NCBI GenBank assembly: GCA_963677485.1
Contig: OY781964.1
Span: 1,024,001 to 1,088,000 of the forward strand
Length of the DNA stretch: 64,000 nt
From: Armatimonadota bacterium
Lineage (GTDB): Bacteria; Armatimonadota; HRBIN16
Direction: 5' to 3'
Position numbers and translations under genes: made by a program. Under the pieces are notes generated by a model. That model had not been told where the DNA came from and made no database searches. It was given only the letters and a program-made list of their open reading frames with translations. Below, one piece after another: positions 10,101 to 19,474 of the stretch (positions within the stretch are counted from its first letter, which is position 1; every line of letters starts with the position of its first letter).

Positions 10101-11398
10101 TCGCGCTGTGTGACAGCAGCCCTTTGAATGTGACCTGGACCAACACCGAAACATTTAATGCAGCCCCATTCGGCACCGATTATGCCGTGCGGAGTGGGCG
10201 CATAGAAGAGGACGACAAAAAGGCCGAGCGTTGGACGGCTGTGTTTACCGGCGATATGGCGCCGGGGCACTACGCAGCCGCTGAGCAGGAGTATCCCGAG
10301 CATCTCTTCACGGCTCCCTCACTTCCTGTAGAGCCTTCACATGACCAACTCATCAAACTGCGAATGTGGAATGGCACCAGCTGCCGTTATGCAGAGCTGA
10401 TGCTCTGGCCTAAAACCGGCGGAACCAACTGGATTGGCAGCCGCTTTGCACTGCCATCAGACGCTAAAATCTGGATGAACCTGTATGTGCCGGTCGGTCA
10501 GAACAGCGTGTGGCAATCGGGCGTGACAGGTATACGTGTGAGCTTCATCGATGATCGTGTGGGCACCGATCTGCTGGGTGAACAGCGTATCGGTGTGCAG
10601 CAACTCGCGGTGGTCTCTACCAAGCCGGTGATCAGTTGGAAGAATCTGAAGCCTCTCCAGAGCCCCATTAGGCTGCTGGGGCAAATCACCGCCACTGCGC
10701 AGCAGGTGCTTCAAGTCAGCATGACCAACACCACGGAACGCCAGAACCTGGTGGTGAGCTGGGGTAAGCAGAGCATCAACTGGCCGCTTTTGCCCGGAAA
10801 TCAGCCACAGACCGTCGTCATCCCCATCGGTGAACATCCGGCCTGGACCGGGGTTATCAATGACCTGAGCATCGGGCTGGAACAGGCCACCCTGCCATCC
10901 CAAGGGCTATCTATCGAGTTAAGCGAAGTCACACAGCAAGCTGAACACAAGGTGTACATGGGCGGCGACACCGCAGGATGGCTGCCAAACGAAAGCTTTG
11001 GAGAGCTGGTGGTCAACCGCAGCGGCGAGTTTAACATGAAGCTTCTAGCCGCCGGTGGTTCCATCAGCAGAGAGCTGGCCAAGGATGAAACCATCGAAGC
11101 CAAAACCGGGCAAGTGATGCGCATCAGACTGCGTAACGGCACCGCCGCCATGCAGTTGAAACTCTCATGGTACCCCGCTGATGCACGCCTTGCGGGCAGT
11201 ATTCCCGGCATCACGGTGCCCATTCTACCCAACAGCAAAAGCACCGACTATCTGCTGCCGCTGGGCGGTCTGGCCGACTGGAAGGGCAAAATCGCCGGAT
11301 TCAAATTGGAACCCTGCCTGGGTGCCAGCAAAGGCGACATCGGTTTGTCGATGATCCGCATTGAGGGAACCGCACAACCCGCCGATGAGAATGAATAG
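7172..11398 (+). CDS. Large secreted glycoside hydrolase-like protein (GH42/GH-A-like TIM barrel plus multiple CBM-like beta-sandwich modules)
   Basis: Signal peptide; TWSEIEPTEGKFNWADLD, TPEWV, YPVYWQPEF, GRWEE; four C-terminal repeats ending W-x-G-x-[IV]. Confidence 0.65.
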   Translation: MKYSAVLAMITAVISCQYPLQADVINTNQTPHGLVNFRGSSADSWNLIGVDDPRCIGVDLYLTWSEIEPTEGKFNWADLDAQMAPWINAGKKVALRFSTGGHRVQETPEWVFQSGVRRIVCREAPFYDFETDGEMQLSPGTLISANKGDVISGKNSLVLTDASATLSTKPELKLPLSEGMIVAFDAKMEAAGSITLQCISGDGTKTYNEKTFDLKAGETRPLEWNFTTPNAEGSRLLWRTSAPVSIDNVLVVRRSLRQYTYPVYWQPEFRQKLTDFIGAVASRYGNNPNILYFNINGIGRWEEAMIDTGDDWQDKSAKRQWLAQGYTQKSYLEQVKWSMDTWRKALPKGPLCLMVAYAMKDTGDESWNWIRLADEAAKRGVIVKQNGWSGKFSEWHDTNQFGWVAQRMRNQVPLVYEPGGGPNAGGLGTSMTYMNQALLDSPAMLTWYSYNWIDEPNQASLDFAAAALGKGEISTFYNLLQPMEDSYERKGNSKPVSNRNQQFGLIQWDDPDWLNRSFGGGGGKTVYDVKAGQPCIRTDQASKNPYINFDIDDRTTHRGMNGIVLMLNYFDEGTDSFRVELFNRQSGKYEPIKTVKKTNTSAWTRAYVTLPWYDAFAPMNPRNNTWKDVRINCMGDGDDAFANLQLNFAPVQGWATTSEPTTLQNTAPNEWVLRTKIPADLVHIPVSTPDNGANAATLSIYTDGVLVQQKSFSYVDNGDVWTLPLPPSNSTEYTLNLKVTSGSISLPSSLSEPAKATLLRYTSDDQGLVLDDKRDGRFRARKPWHELDLPHNASGRYQLQRLCGDEWLTVAAFNLRKQKLVNSAPMPAGQYRLFPALKPEQISYLVPQVPAPDTAIPEPIPGIVLAKWKGPELPSLSAISLESPRGLNVTAADRQYVRLSIRNNSANTLGKVYWRSADQEFGEERCMPFQLLPNDREVRTIRLFVSDSKAWSGQIDQIRVSLGGDWPDTGIISIKQIALCDSSPLNVTWTNTETFNAAPFGTDYAVRSGRIEEDDKKAERWTAVFTGDMAPGHYAAAEQEYPEHLFTAPSLPVEPSHDQLIKLRMWNGTSCRYAELMLWPKTGGTNWIGSRFALPSDAKIWMNLYVPVGQNSVWQSGVTGIRVSFIDDRVGTDLLGEQRIGVQQLAVVSTKPVISWKNLKPLQSPIRLLGQITATAQQVLQVSMTNTTERQNLVVSWGKQSINWPLLPGNQPQTVVIPIGEHPAWTGVINDLSIGLEQATLPSQGLSIELSEVTQQAEHKVYMGGDTAGWLPNESFGELVVNRSGEFNMKLLAAGGSISRELAKDETIEAKTGQVMRIRLRNGTAAMQLKLSWYPADARLAGSIPGITVPILPNSKSTDYLLPLGGLADWKGKIAGFKLEPCLGASKGDIGLSMIRIEGTAQPADENE

Positions 11399-11416
11399 TT
11401 GAGGAGATTGACCCAT

Positions 11417-13465
11417 ATGAAGCTGCTGATCAAAGCCTTGTTAGTCTGCACCGTAATGACGGTCTCCGTCTCCGCCTTCCCGCAGCGCGACATCAGCTCT
11501 GAGGTGCTGGTTAACAGCAAAAAGAGCGACACCAAGCCAGCACTGACCAAACAGCAGTTGGCGGCGCAGCAGATGTGGCGGATGCGCACCCGTAAATGGT
11601 ACATCGGCAGCAAGGACAGCGGCGCACTGCATGTGATGGGCAACGGCAAGATGGTCGCCTTCGGACGCGGTGCCGACCTCGCGGCGCTTCATGCGCCGCC
11701 CATCAGCTCCCCTTCGATGCTCAGCATCATCACTAAAACCAACGGTGTCACTCAGGATGATGCAATGCGGATTGATGGCAGCGCCATCTGGTCGCATGAC
11801 GTGACTTCAGGCACCAAGGGATTACTGAAGTATACGGAGTTCGTCAGCAGCGAGTTTTCGGCCTATGTGCGCATCTTTGAGTGCGCAAACGAAGGGGTGA
11901 AGTGGCAAATCATACCCGCCGAGAAGGCCAAAGTAACCAACATCACCCGCATCGCGAATTCCTGGCTGATCACCCTGAACGCGGGGCAGAAAATGGCCGA
12001 TGGCTTCACCCCCCTCACCAGCTACGCCTGGGTGATCCCGAACGGCTCCTGCCTGATTGAGATGACGCCGGAGGGCGAGCTCACTGTCACGCCCAAAACG
12101 GGCACGGGCTCGCTGGCGATCGTAGCCGATTCGGACTACCCCAGCGGCGTGCAGGCAGCAGAACGCATCGCCACCTACAGCGTGGCGCCGTTGATGCCCG
12201 CCACAGGCCGATACTGGGACCAGTTTACGCAGCGGCGGCTGGCGAAGATGGACAGCGTGAACCTGGACAAAGACGCCGCCAGTGTGCTGGACAGTGTGGC
12301 GGTAACCCTGAAGTGCATGCAGGGCGATGACGGCGGCGTGGCTGCCAGTGAGAAGTGGATGATGGCCGACACCCGCCAGCAGTACGCCATCACCCGCACG
12401 ATGCTGCTGCTGGGGATGATCGATGAAGCCCGCAGCATGGTCCGTTACCGAATAGACAAGTTTGCCAAATTCGGCGATCTGCGCAGCGGAGAGAGCATCA
12501 ACACCAGCTTGTACCGATGGCGGCACGAGAACGAGGACACGGATACCACCGCCTCAATCATCCTCCAACTGCGTGATTACTACCGCGCGACTCAAGACCG
12601 TGAGATGCTGCGCTCCGCCTGGCCGCTTCTGAAACAGTGCTGGGACGCGCAGATCGAGCAGGTCTCGCAGGGGCAACTGCCCTTCAACGGCGGAGAGCCG
12701 TTCATCCAGGACGGGTTCTACCCCCGAACCGGCCTGAACCAGGGCAGCAGCGATGCCACCTTGATGTTTGTGGAAGCGGGCAAGTGGCTGTGCGACTGGG
12801 CGGTGAGTGAAGGTTTTTGGACCGCCATGAAGAGCTCACAAAACATGGCGGTGGTCGAGCAGTGCCGCTTCCAGTGGCGCCTCTCGATGCTCAGTAGCAA
12901 CGTGATCTACGCCAACAGCGGAGAGCGTGAGGCCAATGTGGGCACACCGCGCTTCCGATGGGGTGCCTGCGATACCGACTGCGGCTTCGTGGGCTGGTGT
13001 GAGCGGGCGAGCAACAACCGGCACCTTTGCCCCGAGTGTATGCAGCGTCTGCTGCCTGCCGCCGAAAAGCCGCCCCGCACGGAGATCATGACGTGCTCAC
13101 TGCTGCCTATCTACCTGGGTAGCGATATATTGTTGGAAGAGGACGCGAAGAAGGTGCTGGAGCACATCTCTACCCTCAGGCTGAGCAACGGGCATCTGCC
13201 CACCGCCAGTAATAAGCAGGACTGTCTGAGTGCCGATGCCGGTCTGCTGCTGTTCAACTATTTGTATACCAACGACGCCCGCAGCACGGGGGCGTTCCAC
13301 CAGATGATGAGCCAGATGGATAACTCGCGCAACTGGCCTGAAGTGCTAAACAGCAGCCAGAACCCCCGGCCCGACACCGCGCGTCTGAGCAGCTGGAGCG
13401 ACGCCGTGTGCGCTGAGGCGATGCTGCGTTACATGCGCAGCCCCGCCAGCCGCCAAGCGGAGTAG
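11417..13465 (+). CDS. Secreted six-hairpin (alpha/alpha)6 glycosidase-like protein
   Basis: ATG 11417 after GAGGAG; signal peptide; QLRDYYRATQDREML..WP, LPFNGGE; Cys-rich insert. Confidence 0.55.
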   Translation: MKLLIKALLVCTVMTVSVSAFPQRDISSEVLVNSKKSDTKPALTKQQLAAQQMWRMRTRKWYIGSKDSGALHVMGNGKMVAFGRGADLAALHAPPISSPSMLSIITKTNGVTQDDAMRIDGSAIWSHDVTSGTKGLLKYTEFVSSEFSAYVRIFECANEGVKWQIIPAEKAKVTNITRIANSWLITLNAGQKMADGFTPLTSYAWVIPNGSCLIEMTPEGELTVTPKTGTGSLAIVADSDYPSGVQAAERIATYSVAPLMPATGRYWDQFTQRRLAKMDSVNLDKDAASVLDSVAVTLKCMQGDDGGVAASEKWMMADTRQQYAITRTMLLLGMIDEARSMVRYRIDKFAKFGDLRSGESINTSLYRWRHENEDTDTTASIILQLRDYYRATQDREMLRSAWPLLKQCWDAQIEQVSQGQLPFNGGEPFIQDGFYPRTGLNQGSSDATLMFVEAGKWLCDWAVSEGFWTAMKSSQNMAVVEQCRFQWRLSMLSSNVIYANSGEREANVGTPRFRWGACDTDCGFVGWCERASNNRHLCPECMQRLLPAAEKPPRTEIMTCSLLPIYLGSDILLEEDAKKVLEHISTLRLSNGHLPTASNKQDCLSADAGLLLFNYLYTNDARSTGAFHQMMSQMDNSRNWPEVLNSSQNPRPDTARLSSWSDAVCAEAMLRYMRSPASRQAE

Positions 13466-13470
13466 GGACT

Positions 13471-13945
13471 TTACCCACAGATTACGCAGATTACGCCGAT
13501 TTGGGAACAGGCGTAGGGGCAATCCCCCTGTGGTTGCCCCAATCGGTGGTTGCCCAGAGTGATTGTCTGAACCGCGGATGAACGCGGATTTTGGGATATG
13601 CCAATCGGGAGATTGGCGTGCCCAGGCAGCCGGTTTCAACCGGCTTGTAAGTAACTGGTCGTAGGGGCGTCCCTTGTGGGCTTCCTAAACATAGTCATCG
13701 AGTAAACAACGATTAGGGCGCCCACAAGGGACGCCCCTACGACCGTATCCGTTACAGGATAGGCTGCCGGGTAGGCACGGGCGGGTGCTTTTCGGTTAAT
13801 GAGCCGCGTCCTTTAGGGCGCGGGGACACACGACCGCGGGGGTGGGCGCATGGCGTCCGGTCCCATCCTCTCCATTCGTGTCATCCGCGTAATCCGTGGT
13901 TCAGACACTCCGGGCATCGGACGAATGAGATGGATCGGACCGATT
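13471..13945. repeat. Large mosaic intergenic repeat cluster containing a REP-like doublet (13657-13744)
   Basis: CCACAGATTACGCAGATT; GTAGGGGCAATCCCCCTGTGGTTGCCC; TGTCTGAACC..GGTTCAGACA pair (13564 / 13875-13907); GCCAATCGGGAGATTGGC; GTAGGGGCGTCCCTTGTGGG..CCCACAAGGGACGCCCCTAC. Confidence 0.9.
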
Positions 13946-13991
13946 CCTATGGCGGGGCAACCAACAAAAACAATCGAGGCACAAAACATAT

Positions 13992-16603
13992 ATGGCACCC
14001 AGTAAAAAATCGCAGATCCCGATGTCCTTCTTCGGATGGCCGCTGTATCAACCCGACCGAGCTCCGGTGGACAACACCTGGCGCAAGGAGCAGTTCCGCT
14101 TCATCGCACAGGAGGACAACCCGAATGGCGGCTTCCTGTTCATCCTGAATGAATGGAGCTTCGCGTTCATCGCTGTGCCAGGCGGTGATCTGCCCGGCAA
14201 CATATGGCTCAGCGGGCTCAGGTTCTATGAAAGCAACTTCGGCAAGCGGTCGCGAGAGAGATGATCCCGGCATCGGCCATTGACGGCGCGGCGAACAAGA
14301 TACCGGAGAACTGGGTCATCAAGTCCGAGCCGGGTAGCAAAGCCAAAGCAAGCTGGGTCTACGACCCCAAGTCCGGCTATGACCGAAGGGGCTCGCTCAA
14401 CCTCACAGTGGACGCGAATCCGCGAGAGGCCTGGCTGCGGCTGGAGGTCACAGGTTACCCGCTCAAGAAGGGCCACGAATACACCGTCGAACTGGCACTG
14501 AAAGCTTCGATCTCAGGCTACATGAAGTTCTTCCCGCTGCTCTTTCCTGGCCGCACATTCCTGGGTGATGAGAACTTCATCTTCAGTTACCCTGCGCGCT
14601 CTAACTTCGCACGTCAGTTGCGGATGGCCTCGGACGTGGGTGTTCACGACTATCAAATAGTGTTCACCGTGCCACCGCTGGACGACCCCTCTTATGAAGA
14701 GTATTTCAAGGGGTTGGACCGCTCAATGGAGCTGATCACCCAAGCGGATAAGCAGGCGCAGGTCAACATCCGCATCGGCTGCCAGCCTCCGTTGTGGTGG
14801 TTCGGGAAATACCCTCAAGAGCTGGAGACGATCAGCAACGGGGTGACCAGATACCCGGCGCCGTCCTCGCTGCTCTGGCAGGAGTATGTGCGAACGGGGC
14901 TCGCGGCGGCCGTAAAGCGGATCGAACGAGACTGGGGATCGGTGGTCTCCACCTATTTCCCCAGTGCCATGGAGACCGGCGAGTGGTTCTACCCCGTATG
15001 GAACTGGGATGGCGCCATGCCGGGCAGCGGTGAGGTCACGCGCAAGGGCTTCATCCGATGGCTGCAGGCGAAATACCAAAGTCTGCAAGCGCTATCGGCG
15101 GCTTGGGGTTTTGGTGTCACCAGTTTCGACACTATTCAGCTTCCGACGGCCGCTCAACGGCGTGAGAGCCAGTTGGGTGAGTTTTATCATCCCACTAAAG
15201 AACAAAACAAAATCGACTTCGTGGAGTTCTACAATGACGCCATGGCGGATGGTGTGATCTTGTGCGCGAAAGTGATCAAGGAGGCCTGCAACCGCAAGAA
15301 GAAGGTGATGGCGTTCCACGGTTATCTGCATGAGCTCTCGGGTGCTCCATCTGGGTTGAACCACAGCGGACATCTTAATGTAAGCAGGCTGCTGAACTGC
15401 CCTGATCTGGATATCATCGCCTCGCCGTATGGGTATGGTGACAGGGAGTTGGGCGGGATCGGTGCCTTCCATGGCCCGGTGGACGCTTATCAAGCCTATG
15501 GTAAGCAGTATTACGGCGAGGATGACACCACCACCCACCGGTGCCCGGCCGCACCCCCGAACTACCGATGGTGCAACGACATCAAGCAGACCCAGAGCAT
15601 GCACACCCGCAACTTTGGGCAGAATTACTCCCGCGGCTTCGGCAGTTGGTATATGGACTTGATCGACGCCGGCTGGCTGCTTGACACCGACATCTGGGAG
15701 AACGTCGGTAAGCTGCACCGTTACTGGCAGGAGCACCCGGTGGAACAGAACCAATACAAGCCCGAGATCGTGATGCTCGTAGATGAGCGTAGTCCGCTGT
15801 ATATGCGGCCAGACTCCAAGGTACTCGGTCACCTGCATGGGCGAGAAATCAAGAATCCAGTGGCGTCTATCGGTGCTCCTGTGGGCTGGTCAACACTCCA
15901 GGCATTCCTGGACGGCAAGGTTCCTGCGGCCAAAATGTATGTTTTCGCCAGCGTCTTCGCTCTGTCAAAACGCGAGCGTGCGAAAATCCAGGCGACTCTA
16001 GCCAACCAAAAAGCCACCGCCGTTTGGCTGTATGCGCCAGGTTATATCGACATCGAGGACAGGCTAGCCAGCGAAGAGAACATGAAGGCACTGACGGGGT
16101 TTGACTTCACTGCGGAGCCTGCCTGTACGGACAAACTCATGCCCTCGGGCAACTCGCAGTTAGCCGCAGGCTATACCAAGGAGTTTGGATCCATGGAGCC
16201 GTCTTTAGCCCAGCATTGGCATGTGGATGCCAGCGGCATGATCCCCATGGCGCAATATCCGGCATCTGGACACACCGGCATGGCGGCGTTGGATGCGTCG
16301 CCGGATCGTCCCTGGAGGTCGGTGTATGTCGGCTCTCTGAATGTGCCGGCCACACTGCTGCGGAATATCGCAAAATGGTCAGGCGTTCATATCTACGATG
16401 ACACGGATGACATCATCATCGGCAGCGGGGATTTCCTGTGTCTGCACGCCGCATCGGACGGCAACAAGACCATCACGCTGAAGCACAAGGCGATGGTGTA
16501 TGACTGCATCAGCGGCAAACCCATGGGCCACGCCGCTTCGGCCAAGTTCGAGGTCAAGATCAAAAAGGGCGAAACGAGGCTGTTCCACCTTAGCAGCAAG
16601 TAA
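13992..16603 (+). pseudogene. Beta-galactosidase-like (GH42-like) glycoside hydrolase, apparently split by a frameshift into ORFs 13992-14264 and 14261-16603
   Basis: The downstream ORF has ETGEWFY, FIRWLQAKY, EDDTTT and a trimerisation-like C-terminus. Removing one GA from (GA)4 at 14254-14261 fuses both ORFs in frame. The downstream 780-aa ORF may still be expressed alone. Confidence 0.55.
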
Positions 16604-16610
16604 ACGACGT

Positions 16611-16783
16611 GTAGGGGCGGGGTCACGCCGCCCTGAGGAATGTATACCGCCCCAGGGCGGGGTGACCCCGCCCCTACAACGGTTCAATGTCGATCACAGA
16701 TGACGCCGATATTAATACATAATCTGCGTCATCTGTGTCATCTGTGGATCAATAATCCCTTTGCACACTTGCGCCTTTGCGTT
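16611..16783. repeat. REP-like doublet (16611-16677) plus 9-mer and 8-mer tandem repeats between convergent genes
   Basis: GTAGGGGCGGGGTCACGCCGCCCT...AGGGCGGGGTGACCCCGCCCCTAC; AATCTGCGTCATCTGTGTCATCTGTGGAT is identical to the copy at about 32719. Confidence 0.9.
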
Positions 16784-16791
16784 GGAAATAT

Positions 16792-18477
16792 TCACCGGCT
16801 CTCGATCGCAATCCGCGCCCAGTAGCCGGCTTCGCAAAACCATTCGGTGGGCTGGTTCAACAGCGACAGCTTGATGGTCTTCCCAGCAAATGGGGTGAGG
16901 TCTACCGCTACCTCCATCCAGCCGTCGTTCGTGGTCTCTTTGCTGACGGCCTTCTTGAGCAATTCTTGCTCACCCGCTTTCACGATCAGCTCCCAGTCCC
17001 CGCCAGGATGGTTGGCGACTAATAGCTTCAGTGTAGTAGTCTTACCGGCCGGTATCTTCACCGACTTGCTGAGGATGCAGGGAACCGCGCGATCCATCGG
17101 ATGCGTCACCATCACGTTGGTCTGACCGCGCTCCTGTGCACGAAGCCCTGGGTTCATGTCAGGCCCACACTGCGATATCTTCCAGCCGGGTGCAAACACG
17201 GCCATGCCCTTCTTGGCCGCCTCAGGAGCACCCAACACGGTGATTTTGGCCATCTCGGCATCGCCGAACCGGCTGTTGGCGATCGCCCCGGGTGCCCAAC
17301 TGAGCTCCAGTGCTGAGGGTTTAGCCGCTTTGATGGGTATCAGCATGATCTCTTCACCGTTCTGATCGGTCGTGATGCGTCCGCCCTGCTTTCGCAGCCA
17401 CTTTCTGGCGAGGCTGTCGCAGACCTTCACAAGCCCTGGCACGTTGTAGCTGGTGTAGCTGAAGTTGGTCTTGTTATCAAGCTCGCGTTTGTATTCGTCG
17501 GGCAGCTTGGAGAAGCCAATGGAGGCGCACAGCACACCTGCCGCACTGGATGGGTTGCAGTCGGAATCGAGCCCGCAGCGGCAGGATATCTCGATGGTTT
17601 TCGCGATATCGCCCTGTCCATACAGCAAGCCCATCAGCACATAGGCCCCGTTGATCTTGCAGTCGATACCGCCATTCGAGGATTTCTGGAACTCCGGGTC
17701 CTGGCGGTATTTCTGCTGGCATTGTTGCCAGGTAACCTGCCAGTCGGCGTTCTGCTTTGACCACAGCAGCATATCCCTGGCCATCTGCGCGTATTGGCTC
17801 TCGGCTGGGATGCACTGCAACCCAGCCTCCACGATCTTGCGTATGTCGGTCTCAAAGAACGCAGCCGAATACATGCCTCCCATGAACTGCCCGGCGTAGA
17901 CGCCGTCGCCGTAGTTCATGAGATGGCCGAACTTTTCGCCTAATTGGATCGGCACATTGGGCATGCCAGGGCCGATCAGCCCGGAGTAATCGGCCTCAAT
18001 CTGGTAGTCGATGTCATTCGGGCACTTGTTGAACTTGGGGTGACCCGAATCGGGAGGCGCGATACCGCTGCGCAGATTCGTCCGGCCTGCATTATTAGCA
18101 CACCACAGACCATACTGGCTGTTGGCGAAGTCGATGCCTGCCTGACGCATGGACACGTTCAAGCCATGCTGCTCCAGAGTTCGCAGGAAAGTCATTTCCA
18201 CATACAGATCATCCTGACCAAACGCATCGTTGATCATCTTGGGTGACCACTTCGGCATCTCGGCTTCCGGCATGATCCTGTCGGCATACTTGAACTCAGT
18301 GGGAGCGCCCTGGGATACGCCGGCGATCTGCCCGATCCAGCCGCCCATCATCTTGTCGCGATACTCCGATACGGGTAGGCGCAGATACTGTGGGGCCGCA
18401 GATAAGGCATCAGCCAACGCGAGCATGAGTGCGATACCAATGAGCGTTGCATTTAATGTTTTGTTATTTAATACCAT
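16792..18477 (-). CDS. Secreted ADP-ribosylglycohydrolase-family protein with C-terminal beta-sandwich domain
   Basis: GGWIGQIAGVSQGAPTE, QDDLYVE, DIDYQIEAD, GLDSDCNPS; signal peptide. Confidence 0.82.
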   Translation of the reverse strand: MVLNNKTLNATLIGIALMLALADALSAAPQYLRLPVSEYRDKMMGGWIGQIAGVSQGAPTEFKYADRIMPEAEMPKWSPKMINDAFGQDDLYVEMTFLRTLEQHGLNVSMRQAGIDFANSQYGLWCANNAGRTNLRSGIAPPDSGHPKFNKCPNDIDYQIEADYSGLIGPGMPNVPIQLGEKFGHLMNYGDGVYAGQFMGGMYSAAFFETDIRKIVEAGLQCIPAESQYAQMARDMLLWSKQNADWQVTWQQCQQKYRQDPEFQKSSNGGIDCKINGAYVLMGLLYGQGDIAKTIEISCRCGLDSDCNPSSAAGVLCASIGFSKLPDEYKRELDNKTNFSYTSYNVPGLVKVCDSLARKWLRKQGGRITTDQNGEEIMLIPIKAAKPSALELSWAPGAIANSRFGDAEMAKITVLGAPEAAKKGMAVFAPGWKISQCGPDMNPGLRAQERGQTNVMVTHPMDRAVPCILSKSVKIPAGKTTTLKLLVANHPGGDWELIVKAGEQELLKKAVSKETTNDGWMEVAVDLTPFAGKTIKLSLLNQPTEWFCEAGYWARIAIESR

Positions 18478-18916
18478 GATCGTTTACTGCCCCCTTGTCT
18501 TCTACACTGTATTGATCGTGTGTCCGCATATACTCGGCGGGTGTGAGTATAGTAACGCCTTCAACTACCTTGCCAAACAGCAGACCGAAATGCTGTTTAT
18601 CACCGGTGAGTAATACCGTACACGTGGCAGCTATGGCCGCAGAAAGTATAGGTGCGTCCTTATCCGCCAGTACGATGTGGCTCGGCAGCCGTGACATGGG
18701 TAAGGTACCAGCCACAATCTCCATATGCTCGAGCAGACACTCTAGCACTGAGAGATTTAACGGCCGATGAACCTGCAGGTTTCTCCTGGCTTCTTCTACA
18801 GCACACATTGACGAAACGAGCGTCACACCAGGCAGCTCCCACAAACGCCGTATACCAGATTCCGGTCGGTAAGCCGCTGAGAACATGATGTTGGCGTCCA
18901 AAAACACCTGGTCCAA
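18464..18916 (-). CDS. PIN-domain (VapC-like) toxin
   Basis: VFLDANIMFSAA, EEARRNL, KDAPILSAA, LLTGDKQHF. Confidence 0.85.
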   Translation of the reverse strand: MDQVFLDANIMFSAAYRPESGIRRLWELPGVTLVSSMCAVEEARRNLQVHRPLNLSVLECLLEHMEIVAGTLPMSRLPSHIVLADKDAPILSAAIAATCTVLLTGDKQHFGLLFGKVVEGVTILTPAEYMRTHDQYSVEDKGAVNDHGIK

Positions 18917-19228
18917 CTATGAATCCTGCCAAGATTTGGAGTGTGGAATGGCGTCAGGATCGAGACCCAATGCCCTTACCTCAGCTTTGGCATCATCGTA
19001 GTCCTGCGCATCCACAGCATTACTAAGCAAAAACTCCGCCACTCTCTCAGGTGAATACACCTCGACGGGGACTGCTACTGCGGGACGGATGAAAATGCCG
19101 TCACCTAGTTCCTCGGCAATGATCAGCGTCCCTTCGTGGATGCCAAATCGCTTTCTGAGTCGGGCCGGTATCACCATCGACCCTCGCTTCCCCACTTTAC
19201 TCGTCTCGATATTGGGAGTGTTATCCAT
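18917..19228 (-). CDS. AbrB/MazE/SpoVT-family antitoxin
   Basis: SKVGKRGSMVIPARLRKRFGIHEG; directly upstream of the PIN gene. Confidence 0.88.
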   Translation of the reverse strand: MDNTPNIETSKVGKRGSMVIPARLRKRFGIHEGTLIIAEELGDGIFIRPAVAVPVEVYSPERVAEFLLSNAVDAQDYDDAKAEVRALGLDPDAIPHSKSWQDS

Positions 19229-19474
19229 TCTTTACCTGCCTGAATGTTTGATTATCGGGCACATATTCATTATGATCTACATGCTGATATGGGGTCAAGC
19301 CTTCTGGGAGCTGGAAGCGGTACATGACTTTGCAACCAGTATTAATAGTGGGAGCTGGATATGGTGAGAACCTCTTTACCTGGCGTAACACAACCATCGA
19401 ATCTCGACCAAAACATGGTATACAGTATGTTAGGTAGCAATTGATGCTGAACCCACCCAAACACCGGAGGCCAT

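Noticed and set aside
13471-13945. Repeat clusters as CRISPR arrays
   Set aside because: No constant direct repeat with unique equal-length spacers, and no cas genes.
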